Part shown: one piece after another, positions 42,829-54,863 of the stretch
Layout: every line of letters starts with the position of its first letter
Numbering within the stretch: position 1 is the first letter of the stretch
NCBI GenBank assembly: GCA_963842945.1
Contig: CAWJIM010000023.1
Coordinates: forward strand, 1-64,000
Length of the DNA: 64,000 nt
Source of the DNA: an uncultured Gemmatimonadales bacterium
Lineage (GTDB): Bacteria > Gemmatimonadota > Gemmatimonadetes > Gemmatimonadales > GWC2-71-9
Direction: 5' to 3'
Program-made: the position numbers and the translations under genes
Notes under the pieces: model-generated
The model's input: only the letters and a program-made list of their open reading frames with translations
The model's database searches: none
What the model was told of the DNA's origin: nothing

Positions 42829-44336
42829 TTAGCTCGCTCGCTTGATCCGGACCACCTCGACCGATCCATCCTGCTTGTCTCGCACCTCCCAGCCGGCTGC
42901 CCGCAGCAGCTCGCGGATCCGATCCGCTTCGGCGAAGTTGCGCGCCGTCTTCTGCTCTTTGCGCCTCTTGGCCCAGCCCAGAGCCCACCGCTCGGCCGCC
43001 CCAGCATCGGCCGGGGGCGTTTCCGACAACTCCCGGGTTTCGTCCGACGACTCGTCGCCTTCCACTTTCATGATGGTGACCTGACTGGCGACGCCGAGCA
43101 CGCCCTCCACTTTCCGCCAGGCGCCGAGAGCTGACGGACCGGGCCGATCGCCCGCGTCCATGGCTGCGTGCCCTTCATTCATATAGGCGAACACCGCGGC
43201 CACCGCCCGGGGTGCGTTGAGGTCATCGTCCAGTGCCGCAGCGACATCCTGACTCAACCGCTCCGCCGCCGCCTGGAACCGGGGCGAATCCCGTTCGGCC
43301 CCGCTTTCCAGCAGCCGGTTCTGAAACTCGCCCAGCCGGCGCGAGGCCTCCTGCGCCGCCGCCAGCCCCTCGTCCGTCAGATCCAGCTTCTGTCGGTAGT
43401 GGGTCTGGAACATGAGCAATCGGATGGCGCCGGCATCGACGCCGTCCTGCCGGAGGTCGCGCGGGGTGGTAATGTTGCCGAACCGCTTCGACATCTTGCT
43501 GCCGCGGATGTTGAGAAACTCGCCGTGGAGCCAATACCGGGCGAAGAGACTCTGGCCGGTGTACGCACAGCTTTGCGCGATCTCGTCCTCGTGATGCGGG
43601 AAGATCAGGTCCACGCCGCCGGCGTGGATGTCGAGCACGTCGGTGCCCCAATGTCCGCCCAGGAGTGCAAGCGCCATTGCCGAGCACTCGAGATGCCATC
43701 CGGGCCGCCCTCGGCCGAATGGCGCCTCCCAGGCGGCGCCCACCTCCTCATCCTCTGCCCTGGCCGCCTTCCAGAGAGCGAAGTCGCGAGCATCTTCCTT
43801 GGCGTATTCGTCACTGCTGACCCGCTCGCTGGCGCCGGTCTTGAGCTCGCGCAGTGTCGATCCGCGACAGCTTCCCGTATTGAGGGAACCGGGCAATGGA
43901 GAAGTAGACCGAGCCGTCATCCCCCTGATACGCGATCGCCCTTCTTCAGCAACGCCTCGACCAGCGCGATCATCTGCGGGATATAGTCGGTGGCCCGGGG
44001 ATAGGCCGACGCCTCCTTGATCCGGAGGTACTGCCGATCCTCGTGAAAGGCGTCGATGTAATGCCGGACGTAATCCCGGAGCGGCTTCCCTGCCTGTTTG
44101 GCGCCGTTGATCGTCTTGTCGTCCACGTCGGTGATGTTCATGACGTGAAAGACGTCGTATCCGCTCGCCTCCAGCCAGCGCCGCAGCAGGTCCTCGAACA
44201 GGAAGGTCCGGAAGTTTCCGATGTGGGCGTAGTTATAGACGGTGGGACCACAGGTGTAGAGCGACACCCGGCCAGCCTGCAGCGGCTCGAATGGCTCGAC
44301 CTGGCGGCTCAGGGTGTTGTAGAGGCGGAGCGCCAT
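42829..44336 (-). CDS. cysS: Cysteine--tRNA ligase (frameshifts near 43870-43940)
   Basis: YTCGPTVY..AHIGN, GRPGWHLECS, HHEDE, KMSKR. Confidence 0.95.
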
Positions 44337-45267
44337 CAGCCCGCAGCTCCGCTTGCGGCCGCCGCAATTGCCTCGCCGTCGGTGCCTCCCTTGATGGTGA
44401 CGTGCACTCGGCGCTGCTGGAAGGGACTCTCGACCGTCTCTCGGGAGAAGCGATTGATCAGCCGGCGGCGGAACTCGCGCTCCACGGTCCACTGCGAGCC
44501 CGGCTGGGTCTTGAGCAGGGTTCGGATCACCACGGAGTTGTCGGTCATGGACTCTACGCCGAGCACCTCGACCGGCCCGTCGAGCTGCAGGCCCCATTTG
44601 GGGTCGGTGGAGAACTGGGCCGTCTCGTCCCGCACCACACCGATGATCCGATCCACGTCCTCACTGTAGGGTATGGAGACGTCCACCACCGCTCGGGACC
44701 AGTCCCGGGTCTTGTTGCTGACCACGTTGAGTTCGCCGTTAGGGATGACGTGCATGGTCCCCTCGAGGTCGCGGAGCACTACCACGCGGAGGGTCATCTT
44801 CTCGACCACGCCGTTTTTCCCCGCCGCCTCGATGACGTCGCCCACCGCGAACTGGTTCTCCACCAGGAATGAAGAACCCGGAGATGATGTCGCGGACCAG
44901 GCTCTGAGCGCCGAACGAGATGGCCAGTCCCAGGATGCCGGCACCGGCCAGGATCGGCGCGATGTTGATGAAGACATTGAAGGTGAGCAGAACCGCCACG
45001 GTGACGATGACCACCCGGCCTACGCTCCGGAGCAGCTGGGAGATCGTACGACCCCGCTTTTCCCGGATGGTAGTGACGGAATCGTCGCCGTCGTCCACCG
45101 ACTTCTCGATCCGCTCGAGCGGCGAGCTTGACCGCGCGAAGCGCCAACCAGGCGAGCAGCCAGATGCCGAGTACCCGGCCGCCAGTCCGAATGACGAACT
45201 CGCCGTCGATCTGAGGAGCGGCGGCGATGCGGTCGATGATGTCGTTGAACGAGGCCAGCAGATCCAC
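44336..45267 (-). CDS. Small-conductance mechanosensitive channel (MscS family; frameshifted)
   Basis: AGAGILGLAISFGAQSLVRDIISG, ENQF.VGD, IPNG. Confidence 0.9.
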
Positions 45268-45361
45268 CTTAACTCCCGGCGACAGCGCAGGTTGACTCGC
45301 TGCGGAATGCAGCGGCTCGCCTCAACGTAGAGGCGGCAGCAGCACGGCGTCAACCGGAGCG

Positions 45362-45823
45362 TCAGGGTTGCTGGCGATACACCACCCGGCTCTCTGTCAC
45401 CCGAATTCCGCGCCGCACGCATTCCGACAAGACCTCCTCAGGGGACCGTATGGTGATGGGCACGCTGAACCCCGTGGGCTCGAGCCGGGCCCCGGGAAGA
45501 TGTGGTCCAGAAGCGCTGGACCGGGCAAATATGGGGTGGCGATAACAACCTGGAGGGCGCGCCACCGAATCAGCTCTTCCGCGGCCAGTACAACCGCGCC
45601 GGTCGTGCGAGCGCAGCACCACGTGAGTGCAACAACAAAGCAGCTGGCCCAGGTCTTCACCGATGACTACCGTGGCGCACCGACCATTTGCCATGATGGT
45701 AAGACGGTGGCCCGCGCCGGCTCCGCGAACCCAGGCACCGACTTGCGGTCTTTGAGGTATCAGAGGGATCAGCTGTAGCAGCGGGAATTCGGAGGGGAGC
45801 GGAAGAGGCGGACCGGAGAACAT
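45362..45823 (-). CDS. Hypothetical protein (joined across frames)
   Basis: GGAG before ATG at 45823; co-oriented with neighbours; no motif recognised. Confidence 0.4.
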   Translation of the reverse strand: MFSGPPLPLPSEFPLLQLIPLIPQRPQVGAWVRGAGAGHRLTIMANGRCATVVIGEDLGQLLCCCTHVVLRSHDRRGCTGRGRADSVARPPGCYRHPIFARSSASGPHLPGARLEPTGFSVPITIRSPEEVLSECVRRGIRVTESRVVYRQQP

Positions 45824-45883
45824 GCTCCACGATGCGGCCTGAGTTCCGGCCGCCATAACCAAGGCACCGCCGACCGAGTTGTT

Positions 45884-47017
45884 TTAGCGCAAGTAGGCCT
45901 TCAGGTCCGGCCGGCCTTCTCCATCCTCGCGGGCTCTTCCTTCTTTCTCCTTCCCAGATACCCGTCCCTGCCCCGTCTGCACCGCATCGACCAGAGGACT
46001 CGGATCGAACCGCACCGGGTCGGTAGCCGGCAGGCCGGTCTCCCGGCGTCGCCGCCTCGCAGGCCCGGCGGGCGGCATCGTCCTCATGATCGTAGGTGTT
46101 GAGCGAGATGCCGATGACCCGGGTCGGGTGAACCGCCGACCCGATCGTCTCGTAGAGGCGGATGTACTCACTCAGCGGCGGAATCCGCAGCCAGGCCGCC
46201 TCGCGGTAGTCGCCGATGTACTCCCGGCTGGACTGATGGCACAGGATCAAGCCCGTCGGGACAGGAGCCGTGCAGCAGACCCAGGGTGACCGCCGAGTAG
46301 CCGGGATGATTGATGCTTCCCTGCCCTTCGACCAGAACCACGTCCGCGTCCTCGGCTCCCTGCAGTACCAGCCGCTCGGCCGCGCCGGCGACGAAGTCGG
46401 AGATCACGGCATCCACCGCGATGCCCCAGCCCTCGATCATGATGCCGGTCTGGCCGGTGGGCACAAACCGGGTGCGAAGGCCCGCCGGCGTTGAGCTCTC
46501 GGGCGAGCTGGAGCTGGGCCGTCATCTTGCCGACGTTGCAGTCGGTTCCCACCGTGAGCACGACATACGGCTCAACCGCTTTGGCTGCGCCCGAGGCCAC
46601 CGGCAGATCGGCCGGAGGCCGCCGCAGGTCGAATATCCTTCGGCCCCCCGCCTTGGCCTTGGCCGCGAGCACCGGGTCGTCCGCCCAGGAAGGTGTGCAG
46701 CCCGCTCCAGAGGTCGCAGCCCGCGTCGAGCGCCTCCGCCAGCCAGGCGCGCCACTCCTCCGGCAGCCGGCCGCCCTGAGGCGCGATCCCGACCAGCACC
46801 GCGTGGGTCTTGAGCGCCAGTCCCTCCCGCATCGAGCCGACAACCGGGATCGCGCCGCCGAAACCCGAGGACGTCCTGGGCGGTCTTGCCGGCCTGCCGC
46901 GCGGTCGAGCACCCCGACAGTGCGTTCGGGCAGGTAGCGGATGACGGAGTTGGCGGTCTTCGAGGTCATCGGGCCGAAGTCGCCGTCGGCCAGGATCAGA
47001 AATCGTGGAGCGGTCAT
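45884..47017 (-). CDS. DUF1611-family P-loop protein (frameshifted; 3' end approximate)
   Basis: [39 protein letters not shown]. Confidence 0.85.
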
Positions 47018-48158
47018 GAGCTCAGGGGGTGACGGGCTGAGGTAGTGATGGTGGGTTCGGCGTCGGACAGGGACGGTGCCGCTCGGCTTCACCTCGCTGA
47101 TAGGGTCGCCGTACACCTCGCCCAGGAGTATATGCCGGATCAGCACCATGACGAAGGCGAGGATGGGCACGGCCACGATCAGGCCGGCGAGCCCGAACAG
47201 CTTGCCGATCAGCAGCACGCCCGCGATGGTGATCACCGGCGGGAGGTTCACCTGCCGCTCCATGACCACCGGCGCGACGAAGTTGGCCTCGATCAGGTGG
47301 ACCCCGACGCCGAGCAGCGTCACCGCCACCGCCTTGGGCAGGCCGAAGACCCCAAGGGCAAAGAGCGCCGGCACCAGGGTGGAGAGCAGGGTTCCGAAGA
47401 ACGGCACGATGGCGGCGACCCCGGCGAACACGCCAAACGCCAGAAAGTAGGGAATCCCGAGCAACCAGAGTCCGAGGGTGGTGAGCGCCGCCAGCAGAAC
47501 CATCGCGATGATCTGCCCGACTACCCAGGCCCTGAAGCGTCACTCTGAGGTCGTCGAGAATCGACCCGAGCCAGCGGCCGGTGTGACGGCGGGACCAGCG
47601 CCATCAGCCCATCGAGATAGATCGAGGGTTCCGCGCCAGGTAGAGCGCCATCACGAAGACGCTCACCACCTCGATGATCAGCTCGACGCCTCCCTTGAGG
47701 TAGGGCACCAGCGCGCCCCGCAGAACTCCGAAGATCTCGTTGAGCGAGGTGGCGAGCAGGCCCGGGCGACCTCCTTCGGTGACGCCGCGCCGGAGGACCG
47801 GAATGCTCCGGAACAGCCGGTCGATGCTCTGATCGAGATCGCTCAGGAACTTCGGAAGGTTGGCGATGCGAAGTCCTGCACCTGGCTGGCGACCGCGGGA
47901 GCGATGAGGAAGACCACGCCCGACAAGGGCGCCGAGGGTGAGTACCACGGCCGCGGCCAGAGCCACAGCGAGCGCGGAACCTCGAGCCGGCGCTGCAGGA
48001 AACCCGAGACGGCATCCAGGTAGACCGCGAGAATGACGGCCAGGAAAACGCACCAGCAGGACATCGATGGTGCGGATCAGCCAGAGCCACAACGATGACG
48101 GCGAGGAGAACCCACCCGAGTGGGAACCCTCGCCGTCGTTCTGCCTCAGTCGGCTGGG

Positions 48159-48162
<4 letters not shown>
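47014..48162 (-). CDS. AI-2E (UPF0118) family membrane protein (frameshifted)
   Basis: LGIPY, VPFFG, IEANFVAP.VM, G.LFG..G...AVP. Confidence 0.85.
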
Positions 48163-48936
<774 letters not shown>

Positions 48937-48942
48937 GACGCT

Positions 48943-49339
48943 TCACCTTTCCCGGTAGGGCGCGAGCGCGCTCGAGATGCGAGGCCAACGCCAGCGTGAC
49001 CGAGTCGAAGCTGGCCTCGAACTCGTTGTAGTCGAGGTTCTCCAGCTCGAGGGTATCGGTGAGCACCACGTGGTCGCCCTCCAGGCCGTAGGACCCGTGG
49101 ACCAGCTCGCGGGCATTGTACTCCAGCAGCTGGCGGAACAGCTCGCCCCGGCGCGGCTCGCTGGCGGGCAGCTCCATCACCCGAACCCGCAGGATGACCA
49201 CCGGCGGAGCGTAGTGGACCACGACTTCGGCATCGTCCGGGGTTCGAGCGAGCCACAGGTTGGGCTCGACCTCCTTGACGGCCAGGCTGCCCCCGTCGAG
49301 ACGGTCGAGCAACGATTGGATGTCTTCTCGGGTGATCAT
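48943..49339 (-). CDS. YbjN/CesT-like (type III chaperone fold) protein
   Basis: Acidic ~130 aa with LFRQLLEYNA..LVHGSYGL..VVL.DTL..ENLD..EF. Confidence 0.75.
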
Positions 49340-49361
49340 CGCTGCGCTCTCCGCAACTGGT

Positions 49362-49726
49362 TCACTGCGCCTCACCCCGGAGGCCCGGGCCTCGTGGATC
49401 TTGGGCTTCGTGCGCCAGCAGCCGCTCGGCGAAGTCGACCCGCTCCTCCAGCTCGAGCACACGTGCCTGCAAGGTATCCAATTCGCCGAGTTGAGCCTGC
49501 AGCTGCTCGACGTCCGCCTTCAGGGCCGGATCGGTGTTGCCTTTGCCTTCCAGCCGCCGGGCAAACGCTCGCATCAGCGGCCAGAGGATGATCACTGTCG
49601 CTGCCAGGGCGGCGATCACGATGAGCAGCGACGACCGGCGGGCCACCCTCGTTCAGGAAGATGAAGTTGGGGTCAAACGGCGGAGGCGGCGGTGTGGGCG
49701 GAACGGGCGGCAGCCTGGAGGATCAT
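49362..49726 (-). CDS. Small TM + coiled-coil protein (PspB-like), Pro-rich N-terminus; frameshifted
   Basis: TM helix, AFARRLEG, ELEERVDFAERLL; ATG overlaps the upstream TGA. Confidence 0.7.
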
Positions 49727-49979
49727 CGGGCCTCTCTCCCTTTCCCAGTCTCCTGCCGGTCCTGGGTCTGGACAGGAGCCGCTCGGCGAAATCCACCCGC
49801 TCGTGCAGCTCGGCGACTTCCTGCCGCAGAGCGTCCACTTCGGCCAGCAGTTCGGGGTCCTGGGTGGGCGTTACCCTCCCCCGGATCCGCTCGGCCAAGG
49901 CTCTGCCGACTGGACTGATCGAAAGGAGGAACAGGGTTCCGCCGCCGAACAGAAAAGTGATCGCGAACAGGCCTTCCAC
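49723..49979 (-). CDS. Small TM + coiled-coil protein (PspB-like), paralog of the downstream gene
   Basis: SD GGAGG; TM helix, ALAERIRG, ELHERVDFAERLL. Confidence 0.7.
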
Positions 49980-50028
49980 TAAGCAAATCCTCCGCTTGAC
50001 TCGAGATTGAGGCTCTTCCCGTCCTTCA

Positions 50029-50055
50029 TACGGGGCGGCACCCCTCGTTGTTTCA
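50029..50055 (-). promoter_or_regulatory. Putative ECF (SigW-like) promoter
   Basis: TGAAAC-17nt-CGTA about 50 nt upstream of the operon's first start codon. Confidence 0.55.
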
Positions 50056-50095
50056 CAACGAAACGAGCATCTTTAGCGGGTGAGCGCCGAGAGGC

Positions 50096-50311
50096 TTAAA
50101 CCAGTTCGACTGCCTGGATCGCGGCTAGCGAGACCGCGATCTCCGTCTCGTCATCTCCGGCGGGCTTTAGGTAGACTTCATGGGCGGTGACATGGGTATC
50201 CACGCTCAATGGGATCCCCACCAGTTCCGTCTGCGACCGGGTGATGATGCGCACGAGCTGCTCGTGCCCCCCGGCATAACCCAGCAGGGCGACGATATCC
50301 TCGTAAGTCAT
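50096..50311 (-). CDS. Small hypothetical protein (71 aa)
   Basis: SD AAGGGAG, MTYEDIVALL; beta-rich, possibly Sm/SH3-like. Confidence 0.55.
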   Translation of the reverse strand: MTYEDIVALLGYAGGHEQLVRIITRSQTELVGIPLSVDTHVTAHEVYLKPAGDDETEIAVSLAAIQAVELV

Positions 50312-50420
50312 CTGGACTCCCTTTTCGCTGGAACTCATAATCTAGACTTCGTGGCGGTGCCTCGCCATGAGGATCTTTGATTCCGGAACCCCGCGTAGTT
50401 CTCCACTTTTAGGAGCGTTC

Positions 50421-50939
50421 ATGATCCGCGCCACGTTGATCTGTACCCTGGGCTTGGCAGCCGGCACAGCTCGAGATGCACAGGCCCAGAACCAAACGCT
50501 GGCGCCGGAGAACCAAAAGCTGGAGACGGAGTCCGCACTTTCTCTTTCGGGCATGGTTGGCGGTAAGCCGATCCAGGTCAACGGGGCCGGCACCTGCCGT
50601 CACGCTGCGGACGCGTCGATCGAAGGAAGGTCCGTCTCACTCTGGACCGTGGAGTACCGCGGATCGGATGAGGGAACGGTAAAGCAGCTGGATTTGACTC
50701 TCCGCCGGCCGAAGGACGGTGGACCCGACCAGCTGTCTTTCAAGCTGAAGGGCAAGGCCGGCGATCACCGAATCGAGACCGGGCCCCAGGGGAAGCCTAA
50801 GGGCCAGGGAACGGTGACTATCCTCCCCAGCGGTCCCGGCGGAAGGCTCGAGCTCAGCGGCAAGGATGCCAAAGGGAAACCGATCCAGATCTCTATAGAT
50901 TGTCCCGCCTTCAGTGAGGCAGGAGCGGGGGATAGCTGA
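50421..50939 (+). CDS. Secreted hypothetical protein, tandem paralog 1
   Basis: SD AGGAG, signal peptide ending AQA, two Cys; aligns with the next gene. Confidence 0.75.
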   Translation: MIRATLICTLGLAAGTARDAQAQNQTLAPENQKLETESALSLSGMVGGKPIQVNGAGTCRHAADASIEGRSVSLWTVEYRGSDEGTVKQLDLTLRRPKDGGPDQLSFKLKGKAGDHRIETGPQGKPKGQGTVTILPSGPGGRLELSGKDAKGKPIQISIDCPAFSEAGAGDS

Positions 50940-51033
50940 GGAATGTACCCGGGGTGAGAAGAACCTCGGTTCGGCTGCGTCCTACTCTTAGCGTCCGAGT
51001 ACCCAGATAACCAGTCAATAATCAGGAGAGACC

Positions 51034-51543
51034 ATGCTCCGCATTACCGCACTGGCTGCCCTGCTGGCATTGGCGAGCGGCACCCGGGAGGCGGCGGCCC
51101 AGCGCCGTGCGCCCGGTCAGCCCGGCACCGAAACCAGCAAAGTGAGTGTCATCGCCCGCCTGGGCACCAAGTCCTATACCTCCAATATCGCCGGCACCTG
51201 TAAGCACGAGCCGTCAGCCTCGATCTACGACATCCCGGCAGCGCTCTATCTGGTGGAGGCTTCAGGGGGCGACGCCAGCGAGATCAAACAGCTGAACCTC
51301 ACCCTGTGGCGGCCCAAGAATGGCAGCCCCGACCAGATCTCTCTCTCGCTCGGGGCCGGGACCAATACCTACAGCATCGACGTCAACCCGAGAGCTCCGG
51401 CAGCGGGCGCGGCCACTGCTGAGCTTCGTAAGGAGGGGGCGGGTGGGACCCTGGAACTCAAAGGGAAAGACGCCAAGGGTACCCCGTTGAATCTGACGAT
51501 CGGCTGCCCCACCTTCGCCGGTGTAGTAGCAGAGGGGGGCTGA
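51034..51543 (+). CDS. Secreted hypothetical protein, tandem paralog 2
   Basis: SD AGGAG, signal peptide, shared KQL.LTL.RPK.G.PDQ and GKDAKG motifs. Confidence 0.75.
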   Translation: MLRITALAALLALASGTREAAAQRRAPGQPGTETSKVSVIARLGTKSYTSNIAGTCKHEPSASIYDIPAALYLVEASGGDASEIKQLNLTLWRPKNGSPDQISLSLGAGTNTYSIDVNPRAPAAGAATAELRKEGAGGTLELKGKDAKGTPLNLTIGCPTFAGVVAEGG

Positions 51544-51551
51544 GCCGGGAG

Positions 51552-53856
51552 TCAGCGCGTACCACTGGCAGCCCGTTCTGTGGCTTGGGCCGGAGCCGAA
51601 CCCTCTGCCTTGAGATTCTGGTCCAGGTAGCGGGTGATCAGCTCGAACAGATGGAGCTGGGTGTTCCTTCCCTGGCAGACGCAGTGGGTCCGGTTGGGGT
51701 ACTCCATCATGGTGAACGGCTTGTTGGCGGCGACCAGCGCGTTGATCAGCACCTCACTGTTCTGAAAGTGCACATTGTCGTCGCCGCTGCCGTGGACCAG
51801 CAGCAGGTTTCCCTTGAGCCCATTCACGTAGCGTCAGCGGCGACCCGCGGTCGTAGCCGGCCTTGTTCTCGGTCGGCAGCCCGTTGAACCGCTCGGTATA
51901 CACGTTGTCGTACAGCGACCAGTGGGTCACCGGAGAGACCGCAACCGCCGTGCGGAACAGGTCGGGGTGTTGAAAGAGCGTGTTGAGGCTCATGAAGCCG
52001 CCGTAGCTCCAGCCCCAGATCCCGATCCGTCCGGTGTCCACATACGATCGCTGCGCCAGCGTGCGGGCCGCGGCTGGCCTGGTCCCGCGTCTCCACCACG
52101 CCCAAGCTGGCCATAGATCGACTTGCGCCAGGCTCGGCCCAGCGGCGCCGGGGTTCCGTGGTTGTCGACGCTGGCCACGAGGTAGCCCTTCTGGGTGAGC
52201 ATCAGGTGCCAGAGGTAGTATGAGCCCCAGGCGTCGTTCACCGTGGAGTAGCCGGGCCCGCCATACACATGGAGGAGCAGCGGATACTTCCGGGTGGAGT
52301 CGAAGTCGGCCGGCTTCATCATATACGGCCGGCATCCGGGCGCCGTCCTCGGCCGGGAATGCTGAAGAACTCGACCTGTCCCTTGCGGAGCGTGGCCAGC
52401 CGGCTCGCGCAGTCCAGCATTGTCGATCAGGGTCCGGATTACCTCATGCCCGGGCAGGCGGACCAGCCGGATTACCGGCGGCTTGCCGAAGCTGGAGTAC
52501 GTCTCCAGCGCATAGCGGAAGTTGGGCGCGACGTCATAGCCGTGGGTGCCCGATTCGTCCCGGGGGAAAGCCGCTCCGCGCGCGCCTTTGCCGTCGAGCC
52601 GGGTGCGGTAGAGATAGCGCTGGGCAGGGCTGGTCCGGCGAGGCCAGGTAGTAGAGCCAGCCGCCCTTTTCGTCGGTGCCCAGCACCTCGGACACATCGA
52701 ACGCGCCCCGGGTCACCAGCCGGACCGACTTCCCATCGCGCGAGACCAGATAGACGTGGTTCCAGCCGTCGCGCTCGCTGACCCAGAGTGAAGTTCTTCC
52801 CGCCCTTAAGCCAGGTGAGTCTCGTCCGCCACGTCCACCCAGGTGCTGTCCCGCTCGGTCAGCACCGTGCGCACCTTCCGGTCCGGGCGTCGCCCAGCAT
52901 GACTTCGTTGGTGTTCTGCAGCCGGTTGAGCCGCTGGAGCACCACCTCGTTCGAGCTGGCCGCCCAGTCCATTCGGGCGATGTAGTGGTTCCGCGGATCG
53001 CCCTGGAATCTCCAGCCACCGGGTCGGCTCCGCCGGCCGCGCTGACGATGCCTACTCGCGCCGCGGAGTTGGCCTCTCCCGCCTTGGGATACTGGACCGG
53101 GATGACCCGCGAGTACAGCGAGTCGGTGTTGTTGATCAGGTTGAAGTCTTTGACCTGGTCGGCATTCAGCTGCCAGTAGGCGATGCTCCGGCCGTCCGGG
53201 CTCCAGCGCCAGCCATCGGCGTAGTAGTTCATCAACTCCTCTTCGTACACCCAATCGAAGGTCCCGTTGATGACCGTCCGCGAGCCGTCCGTGGTGAGCG
53301 GAGTGATGGCGCCGGCTCGCCAGATCCTCCACGTAGAGATTGTTCTCCCGGACATACCCCACCCGCGTCCGTCGGGAGAGAATTTGGCAAACATCAGCGT
53401 GGACGGCTTGGCACTCGCTTCCCCCCAAGCTGGCTGCAGCCGGCCGCTGGAGCGATCCAGCACCCAGTAGTCGCCCCGCGTGTTGAGCCGCCACACCGGC
53501 TGGGTGTTGGTGAAGATCAGGAGCATCTTGTTGTCGGGCGACCAGGCGTACTCCTCGACCCGCAGCGGAACGCTGTCTCCCTGGGGGATGAACTGCCGGG
53601 CCGCGACCAGTACCTCGCGGCCGCCGCGCTCGGTGTCGTAGCGCACCAGGTTCTGCCCGCCGTGCTTCGATCTCCTCCAGCGTGGTGTAGGAGGAGCCGT
53701 CGCCCAGCCATCGGGCGGGTCCGAAGGTCTGGCTCCGGAACTCGCGGCGTGCCGTAGATCCGCTGCACCGAAAGCAGGCTGGAATCGGATTGCTGGGCGC
53801 GGAGCGGAGCGGCAACCGAGAGCAGCGAGCAGGAAGGATCGGGTGACACGTGTCAC
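51552..53856 (-). CDS. S9B dipeptidyl-peptidase IV-family peptidase (frameshifted)
   Basis: DWVYEEE, YPKAG, YGGPG, GWSYGG, HGSGDDNVH, catalytic His region. Confidence 0.92.
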
Positions 53857-53911
53857 AGAAGATTCCACGGGTGAAGGTGGACCATGCGATCGAACTGAAT
53901 CGCAACGACGC

Positions 53912-53920
53912 ATTATACCA
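53912..53920 (-). promoter_or_regulatory. Extended -10 element for the S9 peptidase
   Basis: TG-G-TATAAT about 55 nt upstream of the start. Confidence 0.5.
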
Positions 53921-53937
53921 CAGGGAAGTGAGAGGCC

Positions 53938-54770
53938 ATGAGCGCATCAATTGGTAATCACCGCGACTTGCGTCGCTGATCGGGGTCGCGAGCGTCGTGC
54001 TGGTGGCCTGTTCCTCCGCCGCGGACCGGCCAGCCAGCCGCGACACCACGGCGATGACGACCGCGGCGGCTCCCGATACCGCTACGTCGGCCAGCCAGCG
54101 GGGCCGCCGAGACCTCGGGCATGGCCACAGACACTACGGCAATCCGGACTCAAAGTGCCGGCGAGACCCAGACCCCACCGGCCAAGCCGCGGGTGCGGCC
54201 CTCGATCGATCCCGGGCGTAAGTCCACCCCGGCATCATCCGGCAAGGCTGCCCCTCGCGACACGGCTACCTCAGCTCCCAGCGAAACGACCACGCAACCG
54301 GCGTCGGCGATACCGGCGGCTCGGCTCAGGCATCCACCGCGGCATCGGGCCAGGACAAGTATCTGAAGTGGGATGCTGGAAGCAAGACAGCGACCTTCGA
54401 GCTGCATGCCGGCCCCTTCACCTTCAACGGCTTCTCCAATGGAGGAGGAACTCTGACCCTGCCTCCTAAGTGCGAACGTAGTGATCAACTTCATCAACAA
54501 GGACGGAACGCCTCATAGCGCTGAGGTCATTCCGGGCGAAGGCGCCATTCCCAACCGGCGGCCGACCAGCAATTCCGCGAGCCTACACCACCAAGGTCCT
54601 GGAAGGTCTGCCGCAGGAGGGATCCGACAACATGCAAGTTCACGGTACCCGGATCGGGCACTTACCGCATCTTCTGCGGGGTGCCCGGACACGGCCTGTC
54701 AGGTATGTGGATCTGGATGAAGATCGATCCCGCGGCCAAGACGCCGAGTTTCGGGGCGACCAAGAAATAG
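53938..54770 (+). CDS. Sulfocyanin/rusticyanin-like blue-copper lipoprotein (heavily frameshifted)
   Basis: Lipobox-like LVAC, Pro/Thr/Ala linker, FNG, PHS, YRIFCGVPGHGLSGMW. Confidence 0.78.
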
Positions 54771-54849
54771 TCGAGAGTCACGGGTCACGAGTCACGAGCA
54801 TAGGCGGTCGCAACTCGCCCGCGTGACTCGCGACTCGTGTCTCGTGACT
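54769..54849. repeat. Heptamer inverted-arm element (AGTCACG/CGTGACT) between convergent genes
   Basis: agtcgag-agtcacg-ggtcacg-agtcacg ... cgtgact-cgcgact-cgtgtct-cgtgact. Confidence 0.85.
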
Positions 54850-54863
54850 GTCTTCAGTAACCC

